From positions 53,475-117,474 of the forward strand of contig JAZNPK010000032.1 of assembly GCA_045589595.1 (NCBI GenBank): a stretch of 64,000 nt of DNA, in the 5' to 3' direction. Position numbers and translations under genes: made by a program. Positions within the stretch are counted from its first letter, which is position 1; every line of letters begins with the position of its first letter. Below, one piece after another: positions 36,143-45,687 of the stretch. Below the pieces are notes generated by a model. That model saw only the letters and a list, made by a program, of their open reading frames with translations, was not told the DNA's origin and searched no databases. Source of the DNA: Victivallales bacterium. Its GTDB lineage: Bacteria > Verrucomicrobiota > Lentisphaeria > Victivallales > UBA1829.

Positions 36143-36697
36143 ATGGCAAATTTACAACAGCTTTTGAATGGCGAGATCCGCAGACTTGCACGGAAAGAAC
36201 TCGCCGCCGCCGTCAAAGAAATGAAGGCGCAGATCGTTGAAATGCGGAAAGTGATTTCCGAACAGAACCGCCGGCTCAAAGCATTGGAAAATGCTGCACC
36301 CTGCGCCGCCGCCGCCGCAGAAAAGAAAGTTGCGGAAAAAGGCGCTCCCGCAGAAGCCGCACAGAAAGGTATGCGCATCACGGCGGAACGCATCCGCAAA
36401 TGGCGCAAGAAACTGGGTGTGAATCAGGCGCAGTATGCCAAATTGCTCGGCGTGAATACCATTTCCGTAAGTCATTGGGAATCCGGCAAAAACGTTCCCC
36501 GCGAAGCCCAGAAACGCAAAATTGCGGAACTGCGCGATCTCGGTGTGCGCGAACTGAAAAAACTGATGCAGGAAAAGCAGGTCGTTGCCAAAGCTGCCAA
36601 GAAAGAGAAACCGGCAAAAGCTGCGAAGAAAGAAGCGGCAAAAGTCCCTGCAGTTGAAGCACCTGCGGCAGAAGCTGCCGAAGCACCGGCTCAGTGA
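36143..36697 (+). CDS. XRE-type HTH DNA-binding protein with coiled-coil N-terminus and Lys/Ala-rich histone-H1-like tail
   Basis: HTH segment LGVNQAQYAKLLGVNTISVSHWESGKNVP. N-terminal heptad-like region. C-terminal AKAAKKEKPAKAAKKEAAKVPAVEAPAAEAAEAPAQ. Confidence 0.65.
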   Translation: MANLQQLLNGEIRRLARKELAAAVKEMKAQIVEMRKVISEQNRRLKALENAAPCAAAAAEKKVAEKGAPAEAAQKGMRITAERIRKWRKKLGVNQAQYAKLLGVNTISVSHWESGKNVPREAQKRKIAELRDLGVRELKKLMQEKQVVAKAAKKEKPAKAAKKEAAKVPAVEAPAAEAAEAPAQ

Positions 36698-36715
36698 TCT
36701 GCTGAAAAAGCGATA

Positions 36716-36759
36716 TAAAAAAACACATCCGGCAAAATTTTTACCGGATGTGTTTTTTT
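36716..36759. terminator. Bidirectional intrinsic terminator between convergent genes
   Basis: A-run, then ACACATCCGG (36723-36732), an 11-nt loop, CCGGATGTGT (36744-36753), then a T7 run. A perfect 10-bp stem flanked by A and T tracts. Confidence 0.8.
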
Positions 36760-36785
36760 GTGTCCGGATTCCGGGCGGCGGGAGA

Positions 36786-37655
36786 TTATTTTCCGGCAGC
36801 GGGTCCGGGGTTGCGCTTGATTTCTTCCCGCACCACGGAATTGACCCATTGTTCCAGCGTAAATCCGGGCGGGAGTACAGCTTTGATCTGTTCCATTTCC
36901 CGGACGCTGAGGGAAAGATTCATTTTTGTGATCCAGCCGTCTTTCTTTTCCAGCCATTTTGTGGAACAGGCGTGAAGGATCTCCGGCTTCAGCCCCAACT
37001 GCTGGAGAATGGTGTATGCCATAAGGATATCGCCGTAGGGTGACATGTGAGTGCCGTCCACGGTCAGGAGACGCACGGATTTATCTGCTTTTTTGTCGAT
37101 GAAGGCATTGAACCGTTTGCTCAGATCCACGAGGGGCAGTTTCCGTTCGGCGGCAATGGCGCGGAGCGTTTCGTTGTATGCCACAAGATTTTTGTTTGCC
37201 ACATGTTCCGGTTCTTCCACAACGGGCGTGGCGGTAAGGATGATGACTTTGATCTTTGCTTTTGCGCACCGGTCCAGGATCGAACAGATATTGGCTTTGT
37301 AATCTTCCAGCGGGATGCCGGGATTATCGATACCGTTGGGGGCATCATTGACGCCGCAGGAGAGGAACATCCAATCCGGCTTTTTGCTGATCACGTCCCG
37401 GTTCACTCTTGCGAGCATATTTTTGGAGGTATGCCCGGATTTTCCGGCGGGAGCTGCCGTGACTTCCAATCCCGCTGCAGCAAGACCGTCCATCACGAGA
37501 TTGACATAGCCCAGCGGATTTTTTGTTCCGAGTTCGGTAATGGAATCGCCGAGGAACGCGATTTTTTCGCCATCGCGGAAGGGGAGCTCAGCGGCGGTGG
37601 CGACTGTTGCTGCGGATGCTGCGGCAACCGAAAGAATGCATTGGAAGATGTTCAT
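36786..37655 (-). CDS. SGNH/GDSL-family hydrolase (secreted)
   Basis: Signal peptide. Block I IAFLGDSITE. Block III LSCGVNDA. 289 aa. Confidence 0.75.
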   Translation of the reverse strand: MNIFQCILSVAAASAATVATAAELPFRDGEKIAFLGDSITELGTKNPLGYVNLVMDGLAAAGLEVTAAPAGKSGHTSKNMLARVNRDVISKKPDWMFLSCGVNDAPNGIDNPGIPLEDYKANICSILDRCAKAKIKVIILTATPVVEEPEHVANKNLVAYNETLRAIAAERKLPLVDLSKRFNAFIDKKADKSVRLLTVDGTHMSPYGDILMAYTILQQLGLKPEILHACSTKWLEKKDGWITKMNLSLSVREMEQIKAVLPPGFTLEQWVNSVVREEIKRNPGPAAGK

Positions 37656-37846
37656 GATTTTTTCCTGTGGTTGTAGGTTTCGGGAATAATATGCCCCGAA
37701 AACGGCAAAAATCCAGTGAAATGATCAATATTTTTATAAAAAAGTGATGTGAAACGCCAAAAACGGTTTTCAAAACGGCTGAATGTGTAGTATATTACGC
37801 AGTGTTCTACAGACAAACAAAAATAACCAACTTTAAGGAGCAGATC

Positions 37847-39142
37847 GTGAAAGAATTGAAAGTCGGTATTATTGGATTCGGGACCGTCGGTGCCGGAGTG
37901 GCATCCTGTCTCTTGAAAAATGAAAGCGTTATCGCAGACCGCACCGGTGTGTGTGCCAAGCTGCATAAAATTGCAGATCTGGATATTACAACAGACCGCG
38001 GCGTTCAGGTGCCGGACGGCATCCTCACCACGAATGTGGAAGAATTGCTGGAAAGCTGTGATATTGTGGTGGAACTCATCGGCGGTACCACCATTGCCAG
38101 AAAATTCATCCTTGACGCATTGAACCGCGGCAAAAGCGTGGTCACTGCCAACAAGGCGCTGATCGCCCAGTTCGGACCGGAACTGTTTGAGGCTGCGGAA
38201 AAGAACGGTGCCGATCTCTGGTTTGAAGCCAGTGTGGGCGGCGGTATCCCCATCATCAAGAGTCTGCGTGAATCTTTTGTGGGCAACCGCATCGAAAGCA
38301 TCTACGGTATCCTGAATGGTACCTGCAACTACATCTTTACCCGTATGGAACGGGAAAAACTGGGCTTCGCCGATGTTCTGGCGGATGCACAGCGTCTCGG
38401 TTACGCCGAAGCAAATCCCGCGCTGGATATCGACGGCTTCGATACGGCTCACAAGGCATCGATCCTGGCGGCTCTGGCGTACGGCAACTGGTACGGAATG
38501 GATCCCGTTTATGTGGAAGGTATCCGCAATATTTCCCTGACGGAGATCAACTATGCGCAGGAACTGGGCTACCGGATCAAATTGTTGGCGATCCTGAAAC
38601 AGAATGCGGATGGCAAAACGGAGATCCGCGTCCATCCCACGCTCGTTCCCCAGTCCTCGCCCGTGGCAGGTATTTCCGAAGTGTTCAACGGCGTTATGGT
38701 CAACGGCGATTATGTGGGCAAAACGCTCTTCTACGGACGCGGTGCCGGCAGAGAAGCCACTGCCAGTGCGGTCGTGGCGGACATTGTGGATGTCGCCCTT
38801 GACCTCGCAAATGGGTGTCTCCGCCGTATCCCCGGCATCAAAGCCGGTGCAAAGAAAGCGGAAACGGTTTCCATGGACGAGATCGAATCCCGTTACTATC
38901 TGCGCATTCAGGTGCAGGACAAACCCGGAGTGCTGGGCAGCATCGCCACACTTTTGAGCGCGAGCAATATCAGTATCGACAGTCTGATGCAGCGTCCTGC
39001 CGGTGAAGAAGCCGGTGATGTTTCCATCATCATCCTGACTCATCTGGCAGTGGAAAAGAATGTCCGTACTGCGATCAGTCAGATCGAAGCACTTGCCGAA
39101 GTGGAAGGTGCAGTTACACTTTTGAGAATTGAGGATATCTGA
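37847..39142 (+). CDS. hom: Homoserine dehydrogenase
   Basis: LKVGIIGFGTVGAG Rossmann motif. Catalytic-domain blocks (EASVGGGIPII, GILNGTCNYI). C-terminal ACT domain. The GTG at 37847 lies 6 nt after AAGGAG. The track start 37802 is also a GTG but has no SD. Confidence 0.9.
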   Translation: MKELKVGIIGFGTVGAGVASCLLKNESVIADRTGVCAKLHKIADLDITTDRGVQVPDGILTTNVEELLESCDIVVELIGGTTIARKFILDALNRGKSVVTANKALIAQFGPELFEAAEKNGADLWFEASVGGGIPIIKSLRESFVGNRIESIYGILNGTCNYIFTRMEREKLGFADVLADAQRLGYAEANPALDIDGFDTAHKASILAALAYGNWYGMDPVYVEGIRNISLTEINYAQELGYRIKLLAILKQNADGKTEIRVHPTLVPQSSPVAGISEVFNGVMVNGDYVGKTLFYGRGAGREATASAVVADIVDVALDLANGCLRRIPGIKAGAKKAETVSMDEIESRYYLRIQVQDKPGVLGSIATLLSASNISIDSLMQRPAGEEAGDVSIIILTHLAVEKNVRTAISQIEALAEVEGAVTLLRIEDI

Positions 39143-39146
39143 GCAA

Positions 39147-40559
39147 ATGGCACACACAGTTGAAAAAATCGGCGGCACATCCATGAGCCGTTTCGGCGAG
39201 GTCATGGACAACGTGATCGTTGCCGGACGCACGGGTAATGCGCTTTACAACCGCATTTTTGTGGTTTCCGCTTATTCCGGCATCACCAATCTGCTGCTGG
39301 AAGATAAAAAGACCGGCGAACCGGGCATCTACGGAAATTTTGCCAACGACAACGAAAAAGGCTGGCGGGAATCGCTCCGTCAGGTCCGGGAAAAAATGCT
39401 GGAATACAACCGTTCCTTTGCCGGGATCGGGTTGAACGTGGCAGAAGCGGATGCTTTTATCATCAAGCGTCTGGACGGGATCGAAGCCTCTCTGGAGAAC
39501 CTGATGAATCTGCGCCGGTTCGGTCATTTCCGGCCGGAAGATTATCTGCCGTCCACCCGTGAATTTCTGGCAGCGGTGGGTGAAGTCCACAGCGCATACA
39601 ACTCCGTGGAGATCCTCAAAGCAAACGGCGTCAATGCCCGTCTTGTGGACCTTTCCGGCTGGGAATCCACCAAGAGTCTGACGCTGGATCAGGCGATCCT
39701 GGATGGTTTCGACGGTGTGGATGTGGCGAAAGAAATGCCCATTGTGACCGGTTATGTCAAGTTCGATTCCGGCATTATGAAGCGTTTCGACCGCGGTTAC
39801 AGCGAAATCACATTTGCAAAGATCGCAGTCCTGACCAGTGCATCGGAAGGGATCATTCACAAAGAGTTTCATCTTTCTACCGGAGACCCCAAACTGATGG
39901 GCGTGGACAACGTGGAGATCATCGGCAACACGAACTTTGACATTGCCGACCAGCTTTCCGATATGGGGATGGAAGCGATCCACTCCAAAGCTGCAAAGGA
40001 AATGGAACACAAAGATATTCCCATCCGCGTGAAAAATGCATTCGATCCGGAAAATCCCGGCACGCTCATCAGCCGCGATTATGTTTCGCCCGTTCCCCGT
40101 GTGGAAATGATCTGCGGCAGAAACGATATGATCGGGATCGAAGTGTACGATCCGGAAATGGTCGGCGAAGCCGGTTACGATTACCGCCTGACCAAACATC
40201 TTTCCGAGTTCGGCATCAATTACATTGCCAAGACGACAAATGCCAACACCATTACGCATTTTGTGCCGCAGAAAACAAAAAATCTGGACGAATGTATCGC
40301 AGCCATGAAAGCGGATTTCCCCAATGCGGATATCCGCACCTGCAAACTGGGTATCGTTTCGGTCATCGGCACCAATATGCGGATCCCCGGATTTCTGGCT
40401 TCAGCCGCAAAAGTGTTGTTTGAAACCGGGATCAACGTATTGGCTCTGGACCAGACGCTCCGTCAGGTGAATATCCAGTTCGTTGTGGAGCGGGAAGCAT
40501 TTGAAACGGCGCAGAAAGTCCTCCACAGAGAATTTGTGGAAAAGAAACACGCAAAGTAA
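39147..40559 (+). CDS. Aspartate kinase
   Basis: VEKIGGTSM N-terminal kinase motif, amino-acid-kinase fold length, and a C-terminal ACT-like region (IVSVIGTNM). Starts 5 nt after the hom stop. Confidence 0.85.
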   Translation: MAHTVEKIGGTSMSRFGEVMDNVIVAGRTGNALYNRIFVVSAYSGITNLLLEDKKTGEPGIYGNFANDNEKGWRESLRQVREKMLEYNRSFAGIGLNVAEADAFIIKRLDGIEASLENLMNLRRFGHFRPEDYLPSTREFLAAVGEVHSAYNSVEILKANGVNARLVDLSGWESTKSLTLDQAILDGFDGVDVAKEMPIVTGYVKFDSGIMKRFDRGYSEITFAKIAVLTSASEGIIHKEFHLSTGDPKLMGVDNVEIIGNTNFDIADQLSDMGMEAIHSKAAKEMEHKDIPIRVKNAFDPENPGTLISRDYVSPVPRVEMICGRNDMIGIEVYDPEMVGEAGYDYRLTKHLSEFGINYIAKTTNANTITHFVPQKTKNLDECIAAMKADFPNADIRTCKLGIVSVIGTNMRIPGFLASAAKVLFETGINVLALDQTLRQVNIQFVVEREAFETAQKVLHREFVEKKHAK

Positions 40560-40674
40560 AAGAGAGCATCAAAAAAACAATCATCATATTTTTCTGATCT
40601 GCTGTCCCGGACGGGGCGTTGTGTGGTTGGCACTGATACGGTACAGCAGTCAGCAGCAGAGGAGCTGAATCATC

Positions 40675-41139
40675 ATGCCGGACACCGTTGCCGAACGCCC
40701 GAACTGGGACGAGTATTTTATGGAGATCGCAAAAGTTGTGGCGCTGCGCAGCAATTGCAGCAGACGCCATGTCGCCGCCGTGATCGTCAAAGACAAACGC
40801 ATCATTTCCACCGGCTACAACGGTACGCCCCGGGGAATCAAAAACTGTAACGAGGGCGGCTGCCCCCGCTGCAACAGCCATGCGCCCTCCGGGACGGCTC
40901 TGGAAGAATGTATCTGTTCCCACGGCGAGGAAAACGCCATCGTTCAGGCAGCTTATCACGGGATCTGTGTGAAGGATGCGACCCTTTATACCACATTCAG
41001 TCCCTGCCTGCTCTGCGCAAAAATGATCATTAATGCCGGTATTCGCGAAGTCGTTTACAACGAAAGTTATTCCATTGACGGGACCGCCAGACGGATCCTG
41101 GCGGAAGCAGGTGTGATCCTGCGTCCGGTCAAAGCGTAA
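40675..41139 (+). CDS. dCMP deaminase family (ComEB-like) zinc deaminase
   Basis: HGEENAI (H/CxE) and PCLLCAKMIINAGI (PCxxC) motifs. 154 aa. Confidence 0.85.
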   Translation: MPDTVAERPNWDEYFMEIAKVVALRSNCSRRHVAAVIVKDKRIISTGYNGTPRGIKNCNEGGCPRCNSHAPSGTALEECICSHGEENAIVQAAYHGICVKDATLYTTFSPCLLCAKMIINAGIREVVYNESYSIDGTARRILAEAGVILRPVKA

Positions 41140-41172
41140 TGATCTGAAGCACTCCAAACAAGGATTTCTGAT

Positions 41173-43047
41173 ATGAAAACAAAAATTTTTTCCGGCATGA
41201 TCGCGGTGGCGGCTGCTCTGCTGCTGCCCGCATGTCAGGTGGAACCGCTGACGCCGGTCGATGATCCGGATCAGCACTACTTTCCCCATGGTCAGCACGG
41301 ACCCCTTCTGATCGATGGCGATACCATTGTCCGTTCCGCTTCGTGGACGCGGGGCGACGGTGTTGAATTTTTTGACCGCAAGACCCTCAAATACAAGGGC
41401 GGTGTGCCGTCTGCCGGTTACACTACGGATATCGTCAGCAAAAACAAAGTGGCTTATATCACCACGAATTATTCTATTTTCTGCGTCCGGTACGGTGAAA
41501 AATTTCAGGTCCTGGAAAATATCCTGATCGCGTTTCCCAATGGCGGCGTCAACCGGCTGGTGATCAGCGGCGATACCCTGTACTGCACTACTGTCGGCGG
41601 CTTGCGGGAATACAGGATCAGACCCGATGGCAGACTGGTCTTCCTCCGCGAACATTCCGACCTCGCAGGACTTTCCACATTCGCTGTGACGGCTTCCGGC
41701 GTGATCCATGCAGTAGTGAAAGCGCAGCCGCGCACTGTCGTTACCATTACGCCGGACGGAAAAACCACGAAACGGCAGGCGGCTGTTTCCCAGCTGTTGA
41801 CTGTCGGCGAAAAATGCTATGCCGTCTCCGCCGGAAATCTGTACCTGTTCGATGGAACACTTTCCGCAGAGCCGCTGCTGCCGAAAAATATCCGGATCCA
41901 CCGTGTCAAAAACTGGAACAGTGCCGCCGGATTCGATGTGTATTTCATGGAAAACAAACGCGGTTCCGTGCTTCAGCATGTGACCGTGACGGATAAAGGG
42001 GTGGGCACACCCGCTTATTTGCCCGATGCTCCCACTTCTTACGCTCATTATGCCGCCTCCGGAAACTCCGTGGTCTGGACAAGCGGACACTATCTCTACC
42101 GTGCAGAACGGGGCAAAAAATCGGACATTTCCATGCCCCTGATCCAGTTTGAGGCGCCGGTGGTGCTGATCGGCGATTATGCGTACAGCATCCAGCGGAC
42201 CAATCAGGATTACCTGCTCTACGGACGCAATGTGAAAAAGACTCATCAGCGCGAATTTGATGTGACGGCGAAATGGAGCCGGATCTCCAAACGCCGTTTC
42301 TATTACGACATCGTGATCCCGCCCTTTGCGTTCTGCCGCTACAAAGATTTCCTGTTCGCGCCCGAAGCCGTACTGGATGTCAGCAACCCCGCCAAACCGG
42401 AATTTGCAGCAGCCATCGACGGTCCTGCCGCCTGTATCGTCAAGGATGATAACGACCGGTTCTATCTGGCGCAAGGCGATAAACTTTCCATTCTGGACGG
42501 CAATGCTCTGCCGGAAGTGAAGATCCTCGCCACGATCCCCGCAGATAAGACCGTTATGCCCCTCTGGACGGAAGTCGCTGTGAGCGATGACGGAAAAACG
42601 CTTTTCGCCAACGGCAGAGACAAACTGGTGGTTTACGATATTGCCGATCCTGCCAAACCGGTGGTGATCGCCACGCTGGATCTGCCCGGAGTGGCATACC
42701 GCATGGTCCGTTACAAAGATCATCTTTACATCCCGCCCTACGGAAACAATGGTGATTTCCGGATCGTGAACATTTCCGATCCTGCCAAACCTGCAGTCGC
42801 CGGTATCGTGCCGGGTTACAAAGGAAAAGGCGTTCTCGGGATCCAGATCAACAATGACAAAATGTATGTGGCGCAGACGCTGTATATAAGCCGTTACAGT
42901 CTGGAAGATCCTGCTGCCCCGGTGGAGGAAGTGCGCTGGAGCGGACACAATAAAGTCATGCTCGGTTACAATTACATCGATATCCTCGACGGGATCCTCG
43001 TCGGGAAAAAATATCCGCGGTTTGATGTCTGGAGGATTGAAGAATGA
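41173..43047 (+). CDS. LVIVD-repeat beta-propeller protein, likely lipoprotein
   Basis: Signal peptide ending LLLPAC. Repeated LVIVD-type motifs (LVVYDIADPAKPVVIATL, FRIVNISDPAKPAVAG, LDVSNPAKPEFAAAI). Confidence 0.7.
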   Translation: MKTKIFSGMIAVAAALLLPACQVEPLTPVDDPDQHYFPHGQHGPLLIDGDTIVRSASWTRGDGVEFFDRKTLKYKGGVPSAGYTTDIVSKNKVAYITTNYSIFCVRYGEKFQVLENILIAFPNGGVNRLVISGDTLYCTTVGGLREYRIRPDGRLVFLREHSDLAGLSTFAVTASGVIHAVVKAQPRTVVTITPDGKTTKRQAAVSQLLTVGEKCYAVSAGNLYLFDGTLSAEPLLPKNIRIHRVKNWNSAAGFDVYFMENKRGSVLQHVTVTDKGVGTPAYLPDAPTSYAHYAASGNSVVWTSGHYLYRAERGKKSDISMPLIQFEAPVVLIGDYAYSIQRTNQDYLLYGRNVKKTHQREFDVTAKWSRISKRRFYYDIVIPPFAFCRYKDFLFAPEAVLDVSNPAKPEFAAAIDGPAACIVKDDNDRFYLAQGDKLSILDGNALPEVKILATIPADKTVMPLWTEVAVSDDGKTLFANGRDKLVVYDIADPAKPVVIATLDLPGVAYRMVRYKDHLYIPPYGNNGDFRIVNISDPAKPAVAGIVPGYKGKGVLGIQINNDKMYVAQTLYISRYSLEDPAAPVEEVRWSGHNKVMLGYNYIDILDGILVGKKYPRFDVWRIEE

Positions 43048-44090
43048 AATTCAAATGGTTTGCAGCTCTTCTGCTGACGGTTTTCTGTTTTGCATTTGCA
43101 GAAGGTAAGGAAACAGCGAAACAACTCACGTTCGGTGACACTGTCGATATTGAAACGCCCGGCAGTGAATTTGTGCAGGACGGAAATGTTCTCTACATGA
43201 CATTCTGGAACCGGCAGGAAAAACTGGTGGCGGCATTTGATGTCAAAAATCCCATGGCGCCCACTCTGATTTCCACGTTCAAACTCGGTTACTTCCCCCA
43301 GGGATTGGCTCTGGACAGAAAAGGAAAGCGTCTTTTTGTGGCGGACGGCGTTTATCTCTCCACGCTGAATGTGGCGGATCCGGCAAAAATGAAACTCCGT
43401 GTCCGGGTCCTTGTGGGAAAAGATATTGCCGCCGGTCCTGTGGATGTGGAGATGGACCGGGACGGAACGACTCCCCTCATCGCATGCCGCCGCGACGGTC
43501 TCCTCCGCAGCGCGGAACGGCGTGAAGTCGTTTATCCCGCCGGAAAAGACGGCTGGATGCGCTCCATTCTGATCCGGGACGATGGATCCGTTATCGGCGT
43601 CGGCACCAATGGCGTTGTTACGGCAAAAGGCGTGACGCCCATCGATGTGGGGACGCCCCGCCGTATCCGCAAAATCGGATCGGAATATTTTCTCGCCAAC
43701 GGATTTGCGGGCGTGGTGATGCTGGACAGCAATGCAAAAGTGATCTGCCGCACACAGGACTTGAACCGTCATGCTTCTTACGGAAGTCATGTGTTTGATG
43801 TGGTCCCCGCAGGCGAACCGGGCGTGGTGCTGCTGGCTGCCGGTGAGATCGGCGTGCTGGCGGTGGCGGCTGACCCCGTTGCCAAAACATTGAAATATCT
43901 CAGTGACTGCGGCGAACTGCGCTGGGGGCATGTGAACGGGATCCACCGTATGGGAAAAATCAACGGCAGAGAAATCATTTATGTCTGCGATATTTCCTAC
44001 GGTCTGCGTATGCTTGATGTGACCGATCCCCGGAATATGAAACTGTTGGAAAACGGCATACCGCTCCCGGAACAGCCCGGAAAAAAATAA
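43044..44090 (+). CDS. LVIVD-repeat beta-propeller protein, secreted
   Basis: Signal peptide. Motifs FDVKNPMAPTLIST, LNVADPAKMKL, LDVTDPRNMKLL. ATGA overlap with the upstream paralogue. Confidence 0.65.
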   Translation: MKFKWFAALLLTVFCFAFAEGKETAKQLTFGDTVDIETPGSEFVQDGNVLYMTFWNRQEKLVAAFDVKNPMAPTLISTFKLGYFPQGLALDRKGKRLFVADGVYLSTLNVADPAKMKLRVRVLVGKDIAAGPVDVEMDRDGTTPLIACRRDGLLRSAERREVVYPAGKDGWMRSILIRDDGSVIGVGTNGVVTAKGVTPIDVGTPRRIRKIGSEYFLANGFAGVVMLDSNAKVICRTQDLNRHASYGSHVFDVVPAGEPGVVLLAAGEIGVLAVAADPVAKTLKYLSDCGELRWGHVNGIHRMGKINGREIIYVCDISYGLRMLDVTDPRNMKLLENGIPLPEQPGKK

Positions 44091-44114
44091 AACATACCCC
44101 GGAGTGACCTGATC

Positions 44115-45683
44115 ATGACAAAACTTGTCCGGACGCAATCTGTGGCACTGCATGGGATCGATGCCCTGCCGGTGGAGATCGAAGTCAATGCTGCCGGATC
44201 CTCCGGCGGTGATCAGGAAGGTTTTGTTACGATCGTCGGTCTGCCGGATGCTGCCGTGAGAGAAAGCCGGGAGCGTGTCCGCAGTGCCATTTATGCGGGC
44301 GGATACCGGATGCTCCGGGGATCTACGGTGATCAATCTTGCTCCGGCTGACCTGAAAAAAGAAGGGGCGTCTTTCGATTTGCCTATCGCTCTTGCCATGA
44401 TCGCCGCAGCCGATGGTCTGCCGGTGGAGACTCTGGCGGAAACAGTGATCCTCGGCGAACTGGCATTGAACGGTGCGGTCCGCAGTGTGCGCGGCGTTCT
44501 GCCTGCGGCACTGACCGCAAGAAAGATGTCCGGCATCCGCAGTCTGATCGTGCCGGAGGGAAATGCCCGTGAAGCTGCTGTTGCCGCAAAGGATCTGAAT
44601 GTTTATCCCGTGGCATCTCTGATGGAAGCGGTATCTGTTCTTCAGGGAACGGTATCGCCTATGGCGCCCGACTCCGCGTCTGTGTTCTGTGAGCCGGACT
44701 GGGACGGTCTGCCGGATTTTGCCGATGTGAAAGGACAGACCGCCGCCAAGCGCGCATTGGAGATCGCCGCCGCCGGAGGACACAATGTTCTTTTTGTCGG
44801 TCCGCCCGGAACCGGTAAATCCATGCTTGCCAAACGGCTGCCGGGTATTCTGCCGCCCATGACGGAAGATGAAACGCTGGAGACCAGCCGCATCCATTCC
44901 ATTCTCGGATTGCTGCCGCCGGGTGAACCGCTGCTGCGGAGCCGTCCTTTCCGGTCGCCGCATCATACGGTCAGCGATGCCGGGCTGCTGGGCGGCGGGA
45001 CCAATCCACAGCCCGGTGAGATCAGTATGGCGCACAACGGCGTTCTCTTTCTGGACGAACTGCCGGAATTCAAACGCAATGTTCTGGAAGTGCTGCGTCT
45101 GCCGTTGGAAAACGGAGAAGTTTCAGTTTGCCGCGCATCGGGCAGTTTTGTGTTCCCCTCTGATTTTATCCTGGTGGCGGCGATGAATCCATGTCCCTGC
45201 GGACATCTGGGCGACAGCCGTCACCGCTGCCGCTGCAGATCGGTTCAGGTGCAGCAGTACCGCTCCAAGATCTCCGGTCCGCTGCTGGACAGGATCGACC
45301 TTCATGTGGAAGTCACATCTCTGACGGAGGACGAACTTCTTTCCGCCCCTGCCGGAGAGACAAGCGCAATGATCCGTTCCCGTGTACTCAAAGCCCGCGC
45401 TATTCAGCAGCACCGTTTTGCGGAGGCGGCTGCATACGGCGGGAAAAAGATCCGCTGCAACGCACAGATGCAAAGTCCTCATTTTCAGCAGTTCTGCCGG
45501 ATGACGCCCGCCATGCAGACCATGCTCCGCCATGCCATTGAGCAGTTCGGATTGAGTGCAAGAGCCTACGACCGGATCCTGCGGGTGGCGCGGACCATTG
45601 CAGACCTCGCCGGTTCGGAAGAGATCTGCCAGCAGCATTTGTTTGAAGCCATCGGTTACCGTTCCATGGACCGGAGTGTCTGA
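44115..45683 (+). CDS. comM: Mg-chelatase-like ATPase YifB/ComM
   Basis: Lon-protease-like N-domain. Walker A GPPGTGKSM. Walker B VLFLDELPEF. A Cys cluster. 522 aa. Confidence 0.9.
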   Translation: MTKLVRTQSVALHGIDALPVEIEVNAAGSSGGDQEGFVTIVGLPDAAVRESRERVRSAIYAGGYRMLRGSTVINLAPADLKKEGASFDLPIALAMIAAADGLPVETLAETVILGELALNGAVRSVRGVLPAALTARKMSGIRSLIVPEGNAREAAVAAKDLNVYPVASLMEAVSVLQGTVSPMAPDSASVFCEPDWDGLPDFADVKGQTAAKRALEIAAAGGHNVLFVGPPGTGKSMLAKRLPGILPPMTEDETLETSRIHSILGLLPPGEPLLRSRPFRSPHHTVSDAGLLGGGTNPQPGEISMAHNGVLFLDELPEFKRNVLEVLRLPLENGEVSVCRASGSFVFPSDFILVAAMNPCPCGHLGDSRHRCRCRSVQVQQYRSKISGPLLDRIDLHVEVTSLTEDELLSAPAGETSAMIRSRVLKARAIQQHRFAEAAAYGGKKIRCNAQMQSPHFQQFCRMTPAMQTMLRHAIEQFGLSARAYDRILRVARTIADLAGSEEICQQHLFEAIGYRSMDRSV

Positions 45684-45687
45684 ACCG

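Noticed and set aside
40432-45035. Two very long minus-strand ORFs (838 and 687 aa) opposite the dCMP deaminase, LVIVD and comM genes
   Set aside because: The composition is typical of the reverse frame of GC-rich coding sequence (rich in R, G, H, F and D), with no signal or motif. The plus-strand genes have signal peptides, LVIVD repeats, deaminase zinc motifs and Walker motifs.
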